Of a DNA stretch of 64,000 bases, positions 1-10,368 are shown piece by piece. The DNA is from Nitrospirota bacterium. GTDB lineage: Bacteria; Nitrospirota; UBA9217. The notes beneath the pieces are model-generated. The model saw only the letters and a list, made by a program, of their open reading frames with translations. It was not told where the DNA came from and did not search any database. Numbering within the stretch: the first letter of the stretch is position 1; each line of letters begins with the position of its first letter. The position numbers were made by a program, and so were the translations under genes. The stretch spans positions 64,001 through 128,000 of the forward strand of contig JAOUEV010000003.1 in NCBI GenBank assembly GCA_029858565.1. The letters are read 5' to 3'.

Positions 1-23
1 ACGCAGCAGCAAAGGAGGTAGGT

Positions 24-203
24 GTGGACACACTAAAACAAGAGGCGATCAAGGTAATATCGAAACTCCCTGACACGGTGAAGATCGAAGACATTATGTA
101 CGAACTTTACGTTGTCGATAAAGTGCGCAAGGGGAGGGATGCCGCGGCAAAGGGTGAAGTCGTTTCTCTTGAGGAACTGAAGAGGGACATGCAGACATGG
201 TAA
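24..203 (+). CDS. Putative antitoxin (59 aa, MDTLKQEAIKVISKLPD...RDMQTW), absent from the ORF track
   Basis: GGAGG RBS at 14-18, GTG start, open frame to TAA at 201-203, overlapping the start of a RelE/ParE toxin. Confidence 0.8.
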   Translation: MDTLKQEAIKVISKLPDTVKIEDIMYELYVVDKVRKGRDAAAKGEVVSLEELKRDMQTW

Positions 204-502
204 AGTGGGCTGCTCCGGCCCGGGAGGATCTGCGGCAGATCTTCGACTATATCGCGAGGGACTCGCGGCTCTATGCGCAGCGGGTTACGCAGGATATCGT
301 TGAAAAGACCGAAAAGCTCGACCGCTTTCCCGAGATCGGGCGGATTGTGCCGGAGTTAGGCGAGCCAAATGTGCACGAGTTGATTATAGCGCCTTATCGT
401 ATCATCTACGAAATTCATCCTGAAATGATCGTAGTCCTTGCTGTTATTCATGGCCGGCGGAACCTGCTTGCCGAGGAAATTGCTACCCGCAAGGGAATAT
501 GA
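197..502 (+). CDS. RelE/ParE family toxin
   Basis: A-x-EDL-x-QIFDYIARDS, FPEIGRIVPE, YRIIY and VLAVIHGRR motifs; 101 aa. Confidence 0.85.
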   Translation: MVKWAAPAREDLRQIFDYIARDSRLYAQRVTQDIVEKTEKLDRFPEIGRIVPELGEPNVHELIIAPYRIIYEIHPEMIVVLAVIHGRRNLLAEEIATRKGI

Positions 503-526
503 AATAACGGGTACCATCCATTAATC

Positions 527-2227
527 ATGTTGAAAGAATTAAATATCAAGAACTTCGCCATCATCGACCAGCTCCGCGTGGAGTTCGGACCGGGGCTGAA
601 CGTGTTCACCGGCGAGACCGGGGCGGGCAAGTCGATCGTTGTGGACGCGCTGAACCTTGCCCTGGGCGAGCGGGCGAGCGGGGACCTGATACGGACCGGG
701 GCTCAAGAGGCCGTGGTGGAGGCGGCGTTCGAACTGAACAGTCATGCTCCGACGGCGATCGGCCGGATACTGTCGGAACAGGGCATTGAGATGAACGAGG
801 GCGATGATCTCATTGTCCGGAGGATCCTTGCAGCTTCGGGCAAGAACAAGGTCTACATCAACGGCAGCCTGGCGAATCTCGCTACGCTCGCCGCAATCGG
901 AGCGCACCTCGCGGATATCCATGGACAGCACGAACACCAGTCGCTTCTTTCTCTGGAACAGCAGATGGAGATGCTTGATTCCTTTGGAAACCTGCTGAAA
1001 CTGAGGAGCGCGTTCGGCGAGCTTTTCATCGGACTTCGGACCCTTCGGGAAGAACTCTCGGGGCTGGAGGCAGGAGAGCGGGAAAAGGCGCAGCGCGAGG
1101 ACCTGCTGCGGTACCAGGTGAACGAGATCGAGGCTGCCCGGCTCAAGCCGGGCGAGGACGAGGAGCTTCTTGCCGAGCAGCGGGTGCTGGCGAACGCGGA
1201 AAAGCTCGGCGGTCTGGCACAGGCGGCCGACCAGGTACTGTACTCGTCCGAAGGTTCGGCACTGGCCGGATTGAAACGGGCGATCACGAGCATTCGGGAC
1301 ATCGTTGCCATTGACCCGACCCTTTCCCCGACGCTGGAGATGCTTGAATCAGGCAAGGCGCAGCTCGAAGAGGCGGCACGCGAAGTTGCCACCTACGCAG
1401 ACCGGGTCGAGTTCGATCCCGCACGGCTTGAATCGATCGGTGACCGGCTCGACCTTATCCAGAAGCTCAAAAAGAAGTACGGGGCGACGCTTGCCGAGAT
1501 CATCGCGTTTGGTGAGACAGCGGCTGCTGAGCTGGAAAAGATCGAGCGGAGCGGGGAAGAAATGGACCGTCTCCGGAAAGAGATCGCCGGGCTAAAGGAC
1601 CAGATCACGGTCAAAGCAGCCGAGCTGACGAAAAAGCGCGCCGCAGCGGCACGGGAGCTGGAAAAGAAGGTGGAAACGGAACTGGGCCACCTGGGCATGA
1701 AAAAGACGACCTTTGCGGTGCGGATCGAGCAGGAGGCGGGAGACGATACCGCTGACGGACACAAAGCCGGTCCCCGCGGCGCGGACCGGATCGAGTTCCT
1801 GATCTCCGCCAATCCCGGAGAGGAGCCCCGGTCACTGGCAAAGATCGCGTCAGGCGGTGAACTGTCCCGGATCATGCTGGCGCTCAAGACCATCCTGGTG
1901 GAAGGCGATCCCATTCCCACGCTGGTGTTCGATGAAGTGGACGCGGGCATCGGCGGCGCGGTGGCCGAGGAAGTGGGCAGGAAGCTCAAGCGGATAGCGG
2001 GAAAACGGCAGGTCTTCTGCATCACCCACCTTGCCCAGATCGCGAGCATGGCATCGAGCCATTACGGCGTTGCCAAGGCGGTAAAGAAGGACCGGACCAG
2101 CACGGAAGTGAGGCTGCTGGAGCAGCGCGAACGGATCGACGAGGTCGCCCGCATGCTTGGCGGCAAGACCATTACCGATGCAACGATTAAGCACGCCCAG
2201 GAAATGATCGAACGAGGGATGAATTAA
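527..2227 (+). CDS. recN: DNA repair protein RecN
   Basis: Walker A TGETGAGKS, IHGQHEHQ, coiled coil, ASGGELSR signature, FDEVDAGIGG, ITHLAQIA. Confidence 0.97.
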   Translation: MLKELNIKNFAIIDQLRVEFGPGLNVFTGETGAGKSIVVDALNLALGERASGDLIRTGAQEAVVEAAFELNSHAPTAIGRILSEQGIEMNEGDDLIVRRILAASGKNKVYINGSLANLATLAAIGAHLADIHGQHEHQSLLSLEQQMEMLDSFGNLLKLRSAFGELFIGLRTLREELSGLEAGEREKAQREDLLRYQVNEIEAARLKPGEDEELLAEQRVLANAEKLGGLAQAADQVLYSSEGSALAGLKRAITSIRDIVAIDPTLSPTLEMLESGKAQLEEAAREVATYADRVEFDPARLESIGDRLDLIQKLKKKYGATLAEIIAFGETAAAELEKIERSGEEMDRLRKEIAGLKDQITVKAAELTKKRAAAARELEKKVETELGHLGMKKTTFAVRIEQEAGDDTADGHKAGPRGADRIEFLISANPGEEPRSLAKIASGGELSRIMLALKTILVEGDPIPTLVFDEVDAGIGGAVAEEVGRKLKRIAGKRQVFCITHLAQIASMASSHYGVAKAVKKDRTSTEVRLLEQRERIDEVARMLGGKTITDATIKHAQEMIERGMN

Positions 2228-2265
2228 TGCGGAATTCGGAATAATAACAAGGGGCAGGGACTGTA

Positions 2266-2472
2266 ATGGGGAAAGTCGTCATCAACTTGGAATATTGCAA
2301 AGGATGCGAACTGTGCACCACGGCGTGCGCCAAGAAACTGCTGAAGCTGGGGAAGCAGTTCAATAAGAGCGGTTATTATTTCGTCGAATATTGCGACGAA
2401 AAAGGCGAGTGCACCGGGTGCACGCTCTGCGCTGAGATGTGCCCTGATGTTGCGATAGAAGTGTGGAAGTAG
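2266..2472 (+). CDS. 2x[4Fe-4S] ferredoxin (oxidoreductase delta subunit)
   Basis: CKGCELC...C and CTGCTLCAEMCPD motifs; directly upstream of the alpha subunit. Confidence 0.9.
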   Translation: MGKVVINLEYCKGCELCTTACAKKLLKLGKQFNKSGYYFVEYCDEKGECTGCTLCAEMCPDVAIEVWK

Positions 2473-2524
2473 CAGATCAGGAACCGGTAGCCAGTAGCCG
2501 GTAGCCAGGAGAGGTTACGAAAGA

Positions 2525-3589
2525 ATGTCCAAAGTCTTGATCACGGGAAACGAAGCCCTTGCCGAGGCAGCGGTGCGCGCAGGCTGCCGCCGCTATTTCG
2601 GCTATCCCATAACTCCGCAGAACGAGATCCCCGAGTATATGTCCCGGCGCATGCCCGAGGTAGGAGGGACGTTCCTGCAGGCAGAGAGCGAGCTTGCAGC
2701 CATCAATATGGTCTACGGCGCGGCCGCAGTCGGGGAGCGGGCAATGACGTCGTCGTCCGGTCCGGGCATCAGCCTGATGCAGGAGGCGCTTTCGTTCATC
2801 GCGGCATCGGAGCTTCCCGCGGTGATCGTGAACGTTCAGCGCGGGGGTCCGGGACTGGGCAGCATCTCCGCGTCCCAGGCAGATTACTTCCAGGCGGTCA
2901 AGGGAGGAGGCCACGGCGACTATCATCTGCTGGTGTACGCACCGTCGAACCTGCAGGAGATCGTAGACCTGACCATCAGGGCCTTTGACAAGGCCGACGA
3001 ATACCGCACGCCGGTCATGATCCTGGCGGATGGCGTGCTTGGCCAGATGATGGAGCCCGTGGAGTGGCCCGATATCACGCCAAAGGTGTTCGAGAAACCC
3101 TGGGCGCTCACGGGCGCGAAGGACGGCGAGCCGGGCAAAGTGATCCGATCGCTCTTCATGCTTCCGGGCGAGGACGGCATGCTGGAACAGCACAACTACA
3201 GGCTCCGGGAAAAATATGAACGCATGGCAGCGCATGAGGTCATGGTGGAGCAGATGCTCATGGATGACGCGGAGATCTCGGTCGTTGCTTACGGGACCGC
3301 GGCGCGTATAGCCAAGTCCGCGATCGCCGCGGCGCGTTCTGAAGGGATACGCGTCGGACTCATCAGGCCCATCACGCTCTTCCCGTTCCCGGAAAAGGCC
3401 GTTGCGGCTGCTGCAGCGAAGGTCAGCCGGTTCCTGGTGACGGAGATGAACCTCGGGCAGATGGTGGAAGATGTGCGGCTCGCGGTGAACGGTAAGTCGC
3501 CGGTGGCATTCTACGGCAGGCCGGGCGGCGCGATCCTGGCGGTGAATGATATTGTGAAGAAAATCAAAGAAGCAGCAGGCAAGGGGTAA
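2525..3589 (+). CDS. vorB: 2-oxoacid:ferredoxin oxidoreductase alpha subunit (VorB-like)
   Basis: GNEA, FGYPITPQ, QAESE, TSSSGPG, QRGGPGLG and EMNLGQM motifs. Confidence 0.88.
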   Translation: MSKVLITGNEALAEAAVRAGCRRYFGYPITPQNEIPEYMSRRMPEVGGTFLQAESELAAINMVYGAAAVGERAMTSSSGPGISLMQEALSFIAASELPAVIVNVQRGGPGLGSISASQADYFQAVKGGGHGDYHLLVYAPSNLQEIVDLTIRAFDKADEYRTPVMILADGVLGQMMEPVEWPDITPKVFEKPWALTGAKDGEPGKVIRSLFMLPGEDGMLEQHNYRLREKYERMAAHEVMVEQMLMDDAEISVVAYGTAARIAKSAIAAARSEGIRVGLIRPITLFPFPEKAVAAAAAKVSRFLVTEMNLGQMVEDVRLAVNGKSPVAFYGRPGGAILAVNDIVKKIKEAAGKG

Positions 3590-3764
3590 GTGGTAAGGGG
3601 TAAGCAAGCTGCAGGTAACGACCAAGAGAACAAAAACCTTGAACCGTCAAGGCGCGAAGGTCGCCAAGGAAAACAGGGGCGAACGTTTTTTGCAGACCTC
3701 CTTCGCGTTCTTTGCGATTTCGCGGTGAGAACGAACTTTGATCTTCATTCATTCGAGGTGTCCC

Positions 3765-4685
3765 ATGGCTAAGGTAAAAACCATTCTCGACATGATCGGC
3801 AATACGCCGATGGTGCGGTTGACCCGGGTAGCGGACAGTGCCGGCGCCGAGATCTGGGCAAAGCTCGAAGGGCTCAATCCCGGCGGCAGCGTCAAGGACC
3901 GGCCGGCGCTCGCCATGATCGAGGATGCCGAACGCAGGGGCAGGCTCAAGAAAGGCATGAAGATCGTGGAGCCCACGAGCGGCAACACAGGCATCGGGCT
4001 CGCCATGGTCGCCGCGATCAAGGGCTATCCCATCATCCTGACCATGCCCGAGACCATGACCCTGGAACGAAGGCAGCTCCTGCAGGCCTATGGCGCGGAA
4101 CTGGTCCTCACCGAGGGCGCCAAGGGCATGAAAGGCGCCATTGCCAGGGCAGAGGAGCTTGTTGCGTCGGGGAAAGAGTACTTCATGCCCCAGCAGTTCG
4201 AGAATCCCGCGAACCCCATGGTTCACCGGCAGACGACAGCGCGCGAGATCCTGGCATTCATGGGCGGGAAGCGGGTGGACGCTTTTGTCGCCGGCGTGGG
4301 CACGGGCGGCACGATCACCGGCGTGGGCGAGGTGCTCAGAAAGAAGTTCAAAGGCGTAAAAATATTCGCTGTGGAGCCGGCTGCGTCCCCGGTGCTCTCC
4401 GGCGGCCAGGCCGGTCCGCATACGATCCCCGGCATCGGCGCGGGGTTCGTGCCCAGGATCCTGAACAGGGCGGTCTACGATGAGATCATCAAGGTCTCGA
4501 ACGACGACGCGAAAGCGACCACCAAGCGCCTGGCGCTGGAGGAAGGCCTGCTCGTCGGCGTCTCCTCGGGCGCGGCCTGCTGGGCAGCGCTCCTGGTGGC
4601 TGCGAAGCTCGGCAAGGGTAAGCGGGTGGTGACGCTTTTCCCCGACGGCGGGGATAGGTATCTGTCGTTGGGAGTGTTTGGATGA
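3765..4685 (+). CDS. cysK: Cysteine synthase A
   Basis: [16 protein letters not shown] (PLP lysine), [15 protein letters not shown]; start placed at the ATG after GAGG. Confidence 0.95.
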   Translation: MAKVKTILDMIGNTPMVRLTRVADSAGAEIWAKLEGLNPGGSVKDRPALAMIEDAERRGRLKKGMKIVEPTSGNTGIGLAMVAAIKGYPIILTMPETMTLERRQLLQAYGAELVLTEGAKGMKGAIARAEELVASGKEYFMPQQFENPANPMVHRQTTAREILAFMGGKRVDAFVAGVGTGGTITGVGEVLRKKFKGVKIFAVEPAASPVLSGGQAGPHTIPGIGAGFVPRILNRAVYDEIIKVSNDDAKATTKRLALEEGLLVGVSSGAACWAALLVAAKLGKGKRVVTLFPDGGDRYLSLGVFG

Positions 4686-5803
4686 CCCGCATCTACCTCG
4701 ACTACAACGCCAGCACCCCTATCGCGCCTCAGGTACTTGAGGCGATGATGCCGTTCCTTACGTCGAAGTTCGGCAATCCCTCGTCATCCCACAGCTTCGG
4801 TGTGGAATGCCGCGAGGCCATTGAGCAGGCGCGGGAACGGGTCGCGGCCCTCGTTGGCTGCGCCGCAGGGGAGATCTTTTTCACCAGCGGCGCCACGGAA
4901 TCGAACAACATGGTGCTCAAGGGGATCGCCAAGGCAGCGGGCAAGGGCAAACACATCATCACCTCCCGGGCCGAGCACCCTGCGGTGCTCGAACCGTGCA
5001 AACACATCGAACGGTTCGGCTACACCGTGACCTATCTTCCCGTGGACCGTTCCGGCAGGATGGATCCCGGCGATCTTGAGAAGGCGATCCGTCCGGAGAC
5101 CGCGCTGATCACGATCATGCACGCGAACAACGAGGTCGGCACAATTCAGCCGATCGCGGAACTGACGAAGGTGGCCGCGGCCCGTGGAGTGCCCTTTCAC
5201 ACCGACGCGGCGCAGAGCGTCGGCAAGGTGATGTGCCGGGTCGACGTACTGGGCGTGGATTTCCTGACGCTCGCCGGCCACAAGTTCTATGCGCCCAAGG
5301 GAATCGGCGCGCTCTATATCCGCCAGGGAAAGCATCTTCCGCCGATGCTGCATGGCGCGGGACATGAGCGGGGGATGCGGCCCGGGACCGAGAACCTGGC
5401 GAGCATCGTCGGTCTCGGCGCTGCCTGCGATCTCGCCGGCCCGCTGCTCGAATCCGAAGGGAACCGTCAACGGCAGCTCGGGAACCGGCTGATGGAAGGT
5501 CTCAAAACCGCCGGGTTCAAGGTCCATCTGAACGGCCATCCCAAGGAACGGCTTCCGAACACATGGAATATAAGCTTCGAGGGATACAATACATCTCGGA
5601 TCATGGAAGCGCTTGGCAAGGACATCGCGGTCTCCGCAGGCGCCGCCTGCCACGGGGACAAGGTCACGGCATCCCATGTGCTCGTTGCCATGGGCGTGCC
5701 GCCCGAGCTCATGAAGGGAGCCATCCGCTTCAGCTTGGGCAGGGAGACGACAGAGGCGGAGATCGATAGGGTGGTGGAGATTCTTGTAAAGAATCTTCAT
5801 TAA
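4682..5803 (+). CDS. Cysteine desulfurase (IscS/NifS family)
   Basis: [42 protein letters not shown] catalytic Cys. Confidence 0.93.
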   Translation: MTRIYLDYNASTPIAPQVLEAMMPFLTSKFGNPSSSHSFGVECREAIEQARERVAALVGCAAGEIFFTSGATESNNMVLKGIAKAAGKGKHIITSRAEHPAVLEPCKHIERFGYTVTYLPVDRSGRMDPGDLEKAIRPETALITIMHANNEVGTIQPIAELTKVAAARGVPFHTDAAQSVGKVMCRVDVLGVDFLTLAGHKFYAPKGIGALYIRQGKHLPPMLHGAGHERGMRPGTENLASIVGLGAACDLAGPLLESEGNRQRQLGNRLMEGLKTAGFKVHLNGHPKERLPNTWNISFEGYNTSRIMEALGKDIAVSAGAACHGDKVTASHVLVAMGVPPELMKGAIRFSLGRETTEAEIDRVVEILVKNLH

Positions 5804-5825
5804 CCGCAAAAACAGCGGGGGATAT

Positions 5826-6095
5826 ATGCCGGTCATATCGATGTTCTATGGTATCATCATCCTGATGTTCAACTTCGATAATAAGAAACACCACCTTCCG
5901 CATATTCATGCTCAATATGCTGAGCATACCGCTGTAATTTCAATAGAAAACGGCGAAGTGCTGGATGGCGCCCTCCCCGGATCAAAAATGAAACTTGTTC
6001 AGGCATGGATGGAGATACATCGGGATGAGCTGATGGCAGACTGGCAGCTTGCACTGGAAGGGAATAAGCCTTTCAAAATCGAGCCGCTTAAGTGA
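5826..6095 (+). CDS. DUF4160 family protein (putative toxin)
   Basis: MPVISMFYGI, HHLPHIHA, W-x-EIHRDELMADW and KIEPL pattern. Confidence 0.85.
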   Translation: MPVISMFYGIIILMFNFDNKKHHLPHIHAQYAEHTAVISIENGEVLDGALPGSKMKLVQAWMEIHRDELMADWQLALEGNKPFKIEPLK

Positions 6096-6104
6096 GGTGA
6101 AGCT

Positions 6105-6371
6105 ATGATTAAAGTCATTTCAGTGGAGCCTGTCGAACAATTTAAACTGAACATCGTACTGTCCAATGGTAAAAAGGGCTTGTTCGATGTCTCTCCCTAT
6201 CTTGAGCTGGGGGCCTTTCACGAGTTGAACGACCAGACGTATTTTCGCCGCGTCAAGATCTCTTTCGGCGGGATTGCATGGCCGAATGAACAGGACCTGA
6301 GCGCCGATACCATTGAACATGAATTGCAGGAATCAACGGAAACGAACGCGGGGAAAATAAACGCGGCATGA
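6105..6371 (+). CDS. DUF2442 family protein (putative antitoxin)
   Basis: LSNG...FDVSPYL...F...IAWPNEQDLSADT; paired with DUF4160. Confidence 0.85.
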   Translation: MIKVISVEPVEQFKLNIVLSNGKKGLFDVSPYLELGAFHELNDQTYFRRVKISFGGIAWPNEQDLSADTIEHELQESTETNAGKINAA

Positions 6372-6452
6372 GCGTGCTATGCTGTTCGGCTGAGCGAGAT
6401 TAGTGTGCTTTGCGCAACACGCGCACGTGTAGATGTGTTGTTTGGATAAGCC

Positions 6453-7028
6453 GTTGGGTATCACGGAGTTCACCCAACCTACTACTGTGCGAACACAGAT
6501 GCAAATAGACGTTTTCGAATAAACTGAATAGGTTGGATAATTGAGAGCCCTTTTATCAACAGGTCCAGGAAATGTCTGAGATTATAGCTTCAACTCAGGT
6601 TGAGTGCAGTCGTAGGTCTGGAAAACGACATCTTGTGGCTATAGAACTGGGTCGTCCATATCAAACACAATCTGGAGACTGGGCTTGTCCTCTCGCTATG
6701 CGAGGTTTGTACGATAGTCTGCGTGACGTCAGAGGAGAGGATTCCTTTCAAGCAGTTTGTTTGGCGTTGACTCTCGCACGACGGTTACTTGAAGGTGTTG
6801 TCAATGAGGGCGACCGGATTGTGGTTGTAGGTACAAACCAAAATCATCCAATTGAAGCCGTTTTCTCAGCAATAGGAAAAACTAGTGGTCTGTGATAATC
6901 CAGCTTCGTTTTCGTAACGTGCAGTCTCTCATTAGTTGGGCTGTACGTCCGTAGGTCGGGTACGACGCAAAGTTTGAAGCAACTTTTCGGAAACATGTTG
7001 GTGTCACTACGTTCAGGCTAACCAACCA
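6453..7028. repeat. GTAG/CTAC REP-like imperfect palindromes flanking a small gene
   Basis: gttgggta...cacccaacCTAC (6453-6482), taggttggataa...ttatcaac (about 6529-6560), GTAGgtcgggta... to ...aaccaacc (about 6951-7028). Confidence 0.55.
6572..6895 (+). CDS. Hypothetical protein (DUF6968-like)
   Basis: AT-richer 107-aa ORF with DWACP and GEDSFQAVCLAL motifs, AGGA RBS. Confidence 0.65.
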   Translation: MSEIIASTQVECSRRSGKRHLVAIELGRPYQTQSGDWACPLAMRGLYDSLRDVRGEDSFQAVCLALTLARRLLEGVVNEGDRIVVVGTNQNHPIEAVFSAIGKTSGL

Positions 7029-7047
7029 TTATTAAATTACTAACTCT

Positions 7048-8430
7048 ATGCCAATCGAAACCATACTCATAATCGACGACGAAGAGTCCATCCGGAAATC
7101 CCTCAAGGACATCTTGATGGACGAGGGATACGAGGTCGCGACCGCGGCATCGGGCCGCGAGGCACTGGACCTGTTGTCCGAGGCGCAGCCTGCCCTGGCG
7201 CTCCTGGACATCGCCATGCCGGACATGGACGGCATCGAGACGCTCAAACGGATCAAGGAAACGCGGCCCGAGATGCAGGTCATCATGATCACCGGCCACG
7301 GCACCATCGACACGGCGGTCCAGACCACGAAGATGGGAGCCTATGATTTCCTGCAAAAGCCGCTGTCCCTCGAACGGGTGACGCTTGCGGTGAAGAACGG
7401 CCTTGAAGAGCACCGGCTCAGGCAGGAGAACGAAGCGCTCAAAAGGAACATCGAGCGGCGCTATGAGATCGTGGGGGAGAGCGCGGCCATCGTGGCGCTC
7501 AAACGCCAGATCTCCCTGGCCGGTCCGACGAACGGCTGGGTCCTGATCCATGGAGAGAGCGGGTCAGGCAAGGAGCTGGTTGCCCGGGCGATCCACCGCC
7601 AGAGCAGGCGCGCGTCAGGTCCTTTCGTCGAGGTGAACTGCGCGGCCATACCCCAGGAACTGATCGAGAGCGAATTGTTCGGCCATGAAAAGGGCGCATT
7701 CACCGGCGCCACGGGAATGAAGCGGGGCAAGTTCGAACTCGCGAACAGCGGCACGATCTTCCTGGACGAGATCGCGGACATGAGCCTTGCGACCCAGGCC
7801 AAGGTGCTGCGCGTTCTGGAGGGCCAGGAATTCCAGCGCGTGGGCGGGACCCGGAACCTGAAGACCGATGTGCGGGTCATTGCGGCCTCGAACAAGGACC
7901 TGAACGAGGAGATCGGAAGGGGCGCTTTCCGCGAGGACCTCTTTTACCGTCTGAACGTCGTCCCCCTTGAGGTCCCGCCGCTCCGGGAGCGGAAGGACGA
8001 CATCCCGGTGCTGGCCGAACACTTTCTGCGCGAGTTCGCCGCCGAATACGGCCAGCGTCCCAAGTCGCTGTCGCCCGAGGCCATTGACCTGTTCCTCCGC
8101 CACCCCTGGAAGGGCAATGTGCGCGAGCTCAGGAACCTTACCGAACGCCTGGTGATCATGGTGCCCGGTCCGGTCATAGATGCGTCCGATGTGCCGCCGC
8201 CCGTGGCCAGGCAGCAGACCGGCCGGCCGCAAACGGGCGGATGTGCGGACCAGGCCATGTATACGGGATACGCAACGCTCAAAGAGGCCCGCGCCGCGTT
8301 CGAAAAGGAATATATCACCCGGAAGCTCAAAGAGAACAACGGCAACGTGAGCAAGACCGCTGACGAGATCGATGTGGAGCGCAGCAACCTGCATCGGAAG
8401 ATCAAGGCATTGAACATAGAAACGGATTAG
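7048..8430 (+). CDS. Sigma-54-dependent response regulator (NtrX/NtrC family)
   Basis: Receiver domain (IIDDE, LLDIAMP), GESGSGKE, GAFTGA, FREDLFYRL, C-terminal HTH. Confidence 0.93.
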   Translation: MPIETILIIDDEESIRKSLKDILMDEGYEVATAASGREALDLLSEAQPALALLDIAMPDMDGIETLKRIKETRPEMQVIMITGHGTIDTAVQTTKMGAYDFLQKPLSLERVTLAVKNGLEEHRLRQENEALKRNIERRYEIVGESAAIVALKRQISLAGPTNGWVLIHGESGSGKELVARAIHRQSRRASGPFVEVNCAAIPQELIESELFGHEKGAFTGATGMKRGKFELANSGTIFLDEIADMSLATQAKVLRVLEGQEFQRVGGTRNLKTDVRVIAASNKDLNEEIGRGAFREDLFYRLNVVPLEVPPLRERKDDIPVLAEHFLREFAAEYGQRPKSLSPEAIDLFLRHPWKGNVRELRNLTERLVIMVPGPVIDASDVPPPVARQQTGRPQTGGCADQAMYTGYATLKEARAAFEKEYITRKLKENNGNVSKTADEIDVERSNLHRKIKALNIETD

Positions 8431-8529
8431 AACACCAAAACAAGGATTAAGGATTGAAGGATCAGCCAGGTGTTTGTGTGGTTGTAATCCTATGATCCTT
8501 ACTCCTCCTAATCCTTCACTTGCAGTCCT

Positions 8530-9369
8530 ATGATAGAGACCATCAACCTCACCAAGCAGTTCGGCAGCCTCACGGCGGTCAAAGAACTTCATATCGCTGT
8601 CAAAGATGGCGAGGTCTTCGGCCTTCTGGGGCCGAACGGCGCGGGCAAGACCACGACGATCCGGATGCTCACCACGCTTTCCCGTCCTGCTTCAGGCACT
8701 GCCAGGATAGCCGGTTTTGACATCATCAACGACCCCCTTGCTGTCAAGAGCATTATCGGCGTTGTTCCCCAGATGCTGAACCTCGATATCGACCTCACGG
8801 CAGCGGAGAACCTGGAGTACCACGGAAGGCTGCACCGCATGGAGGCGGCAGATCGCCGCGGCCGTGCCGAGGAACTGCTCCGGTTCACGGGCCTCTGGGA
8901 AAAGCGGGACACCCATGTGGAGCATCTGTCCGGCGGCATGCGGCGCAGGCTCCTGATCGCCCGCGGGCTGATGCACCGGCCCAAGGTGGTCTTCCTGGAC
9001 GAGCCGACCGTGGGGCTCGATCCCCAGGCGCGGCGCATGATCTGGGGCATGCTCCTTGATCTGAAGCGGAGCGGCATCACCATCCTGCTCACGACCCATT
9101 ACATCGAGGAGGCCGACGCGCTGTGCGACCGCGTGGCGATCCTGCGGCAGGGAACGGTCATCGCGCTGGACAGGCCGTCGGCGCTCAAGTCGAACGTCGG
9201 CGCGTTCGCGCTTGAGTGCCTGGGCAGGCAGGACATTGCCCGGAAGTTCTTTCGCTCGCGCGAAGAGGCGATCGAGGCCGGCAAAGATGTTTGCACCGAC
9301 ATCGTTGTCCGCGACGTGACCCTGGAGGACGTGTTCATCAAATTGACCGGGGAACGGATTGAAACATGA
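8530..9369 (+). CDS. ABC exporter ATP-binding protein (DrrA/NodI-like)
   Basis: GPNGAGKTT, LSGGMRRRL, FLDEPTVGLD, LTTH. Confidence 0.93.
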   Translation: MIETINLTKQFGSLTAVKELHIAVKDGEVFGLLGPNGAGKTTTIRMLTTLSRPASGTARIAGFDIINDPLAVKSIIGVVPQMLNLDIDLTAAENLEYHGRLHRMEAADRRGRAEELLRFTGLWEKRDTHVEHLSGGMRRRLLIARGLMHRPKVVFLDEPTVGLDPQARRMIWGMLLDLKRSGITILLTTHYIEEADALCDRVAILRQGTVIALDRPSALKSNVGAFALECLGRQDIARKFFRSREEAIEAGKDVCTDIVVRDVTLEDVFIKLTGERIET

Positions 9370-10100
9370 ACTTCTACCCCATCTTCTGGAAAGACCTGCT
9401 CTTGATCCGCAAGAAGCCCTGGAAGTTCCTCGCATCCAGCATGGTGATGCCGGTGCTCTACCTGGTCACTTTCGGCTGGGGGCTCGGCAGGGGGATGGCC
9501 ATGGCCAACGGCGGGACCTATCTCGACTTTGTGCTGCCGGGCCTGCTCGTCATGTCGGCGATGAACAACAGCTTCGGCCCGGTGTCCACGTCGGTGAACG
9601 TGAGCAAGCTTTACACCAAGACTATCGAGGAGGTGCTGGTCTCGCCGGTGAGCCACTGGGACATTGCCCTGGGCCGCGCGCTCATGGGGCTTGTGCGCGG
9701 CATGTTCTCCGCGCTGCTCCTGCTCGTGGTGGGACTGCTGTCCGGAGCGCGCCTGCATCTGTCGCCCGGTCTGGTGCTCGTGCTCGGCCTCACGTCGTTC
9801 TGCTTTGCCTCCGCTGCCGTCGCAGCCGCCATGGTCGCCAAGTCCCACGAGGACATGTCGAACTTCAACAGCTTTGTGATCATCCCCATGTCCTTTCTCG
9901 CGGGTACGTTCTTCACCCCTGACAAACTGCCCGAGCCCTTCCACAGCGCGGTGCTGATCTATCCGCTGACCCACGCCAGCATGCTCTTGCGCGCGTTCGC
10001 TGCGGGAGAAGTCCCGTCGATCCCGTCCCTGCTGATTCTCACGGCCTATGCAGCGCTGTTCTTCTATCTCGCCGGCAGAATGGTGAAGCGGGCCGTGTAG
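9366..10100 (+). CDS. ABC-2 type permease
   Basis: About six hydrophobic segments, YLDFVLPGLL, PLTH; ATGA overlap with the ATPase. Confidence 0.9.
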   Translation: MNFYPIFWKDLLLIRKKPWKFLASSMVMPVLYLVTFGWGLGRGMAMANGGTYLDFVLPGLLVMSAMNNSFGPVSTSVNVSKLYTKTIEEVLVSPVSHWDIALGRALMGLVRGMFSALLLLVVGLLSGARLHLSPGLVLVLGLTSFCFASAAVAAAMVAKSHEDMSNFNSFVIIPMSFLAGTFFTPDKLPEPFHSAVLIYPLTHASMLLRAFAAGEVPSIPSLLILTAYAALFFYLAGRMVKRAV

Positions 10101-10285
10101 CCGCGGTGATCGAGGGAAAGCAGTATAGCATCGATCTTACCGCCTCCGGAATCGAAGAGATCGATCGACGCTCCACCTGATCCCCATTTGCCCGTCCAAC
10201 CCCCTCATCGGGAGACAACTAGTCCAAAATTAACCTCTGCAGCCAGCGCAGACCGTTTCTTTCCCCTCCAACGCCTTGTTTTGGA

Positions 10286-10314
10286 TTGACTTTTCAGGCC
10301 CTGAGGGCTAATAT
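10286..10314 (+). promoter_or_regulatory. Sigma70-like promoter for the GH57 gene
   Basis: TTGACT-17-TAATAT. Confidence 0.55.
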
Positions 10315-10368
10315 TTCAGACTGTATATCCGCCGTAACTATTTAAAAAAAGCAGGGTTTTCCAAGCAC

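Noticed and set aside
10100-10180. Short coding-like stretch (AAVIEGKQYSIDLTASGIEEIDRRST)
   Set aside because: No credible RBS or start; possibly a gene remnant but cannot be supported.
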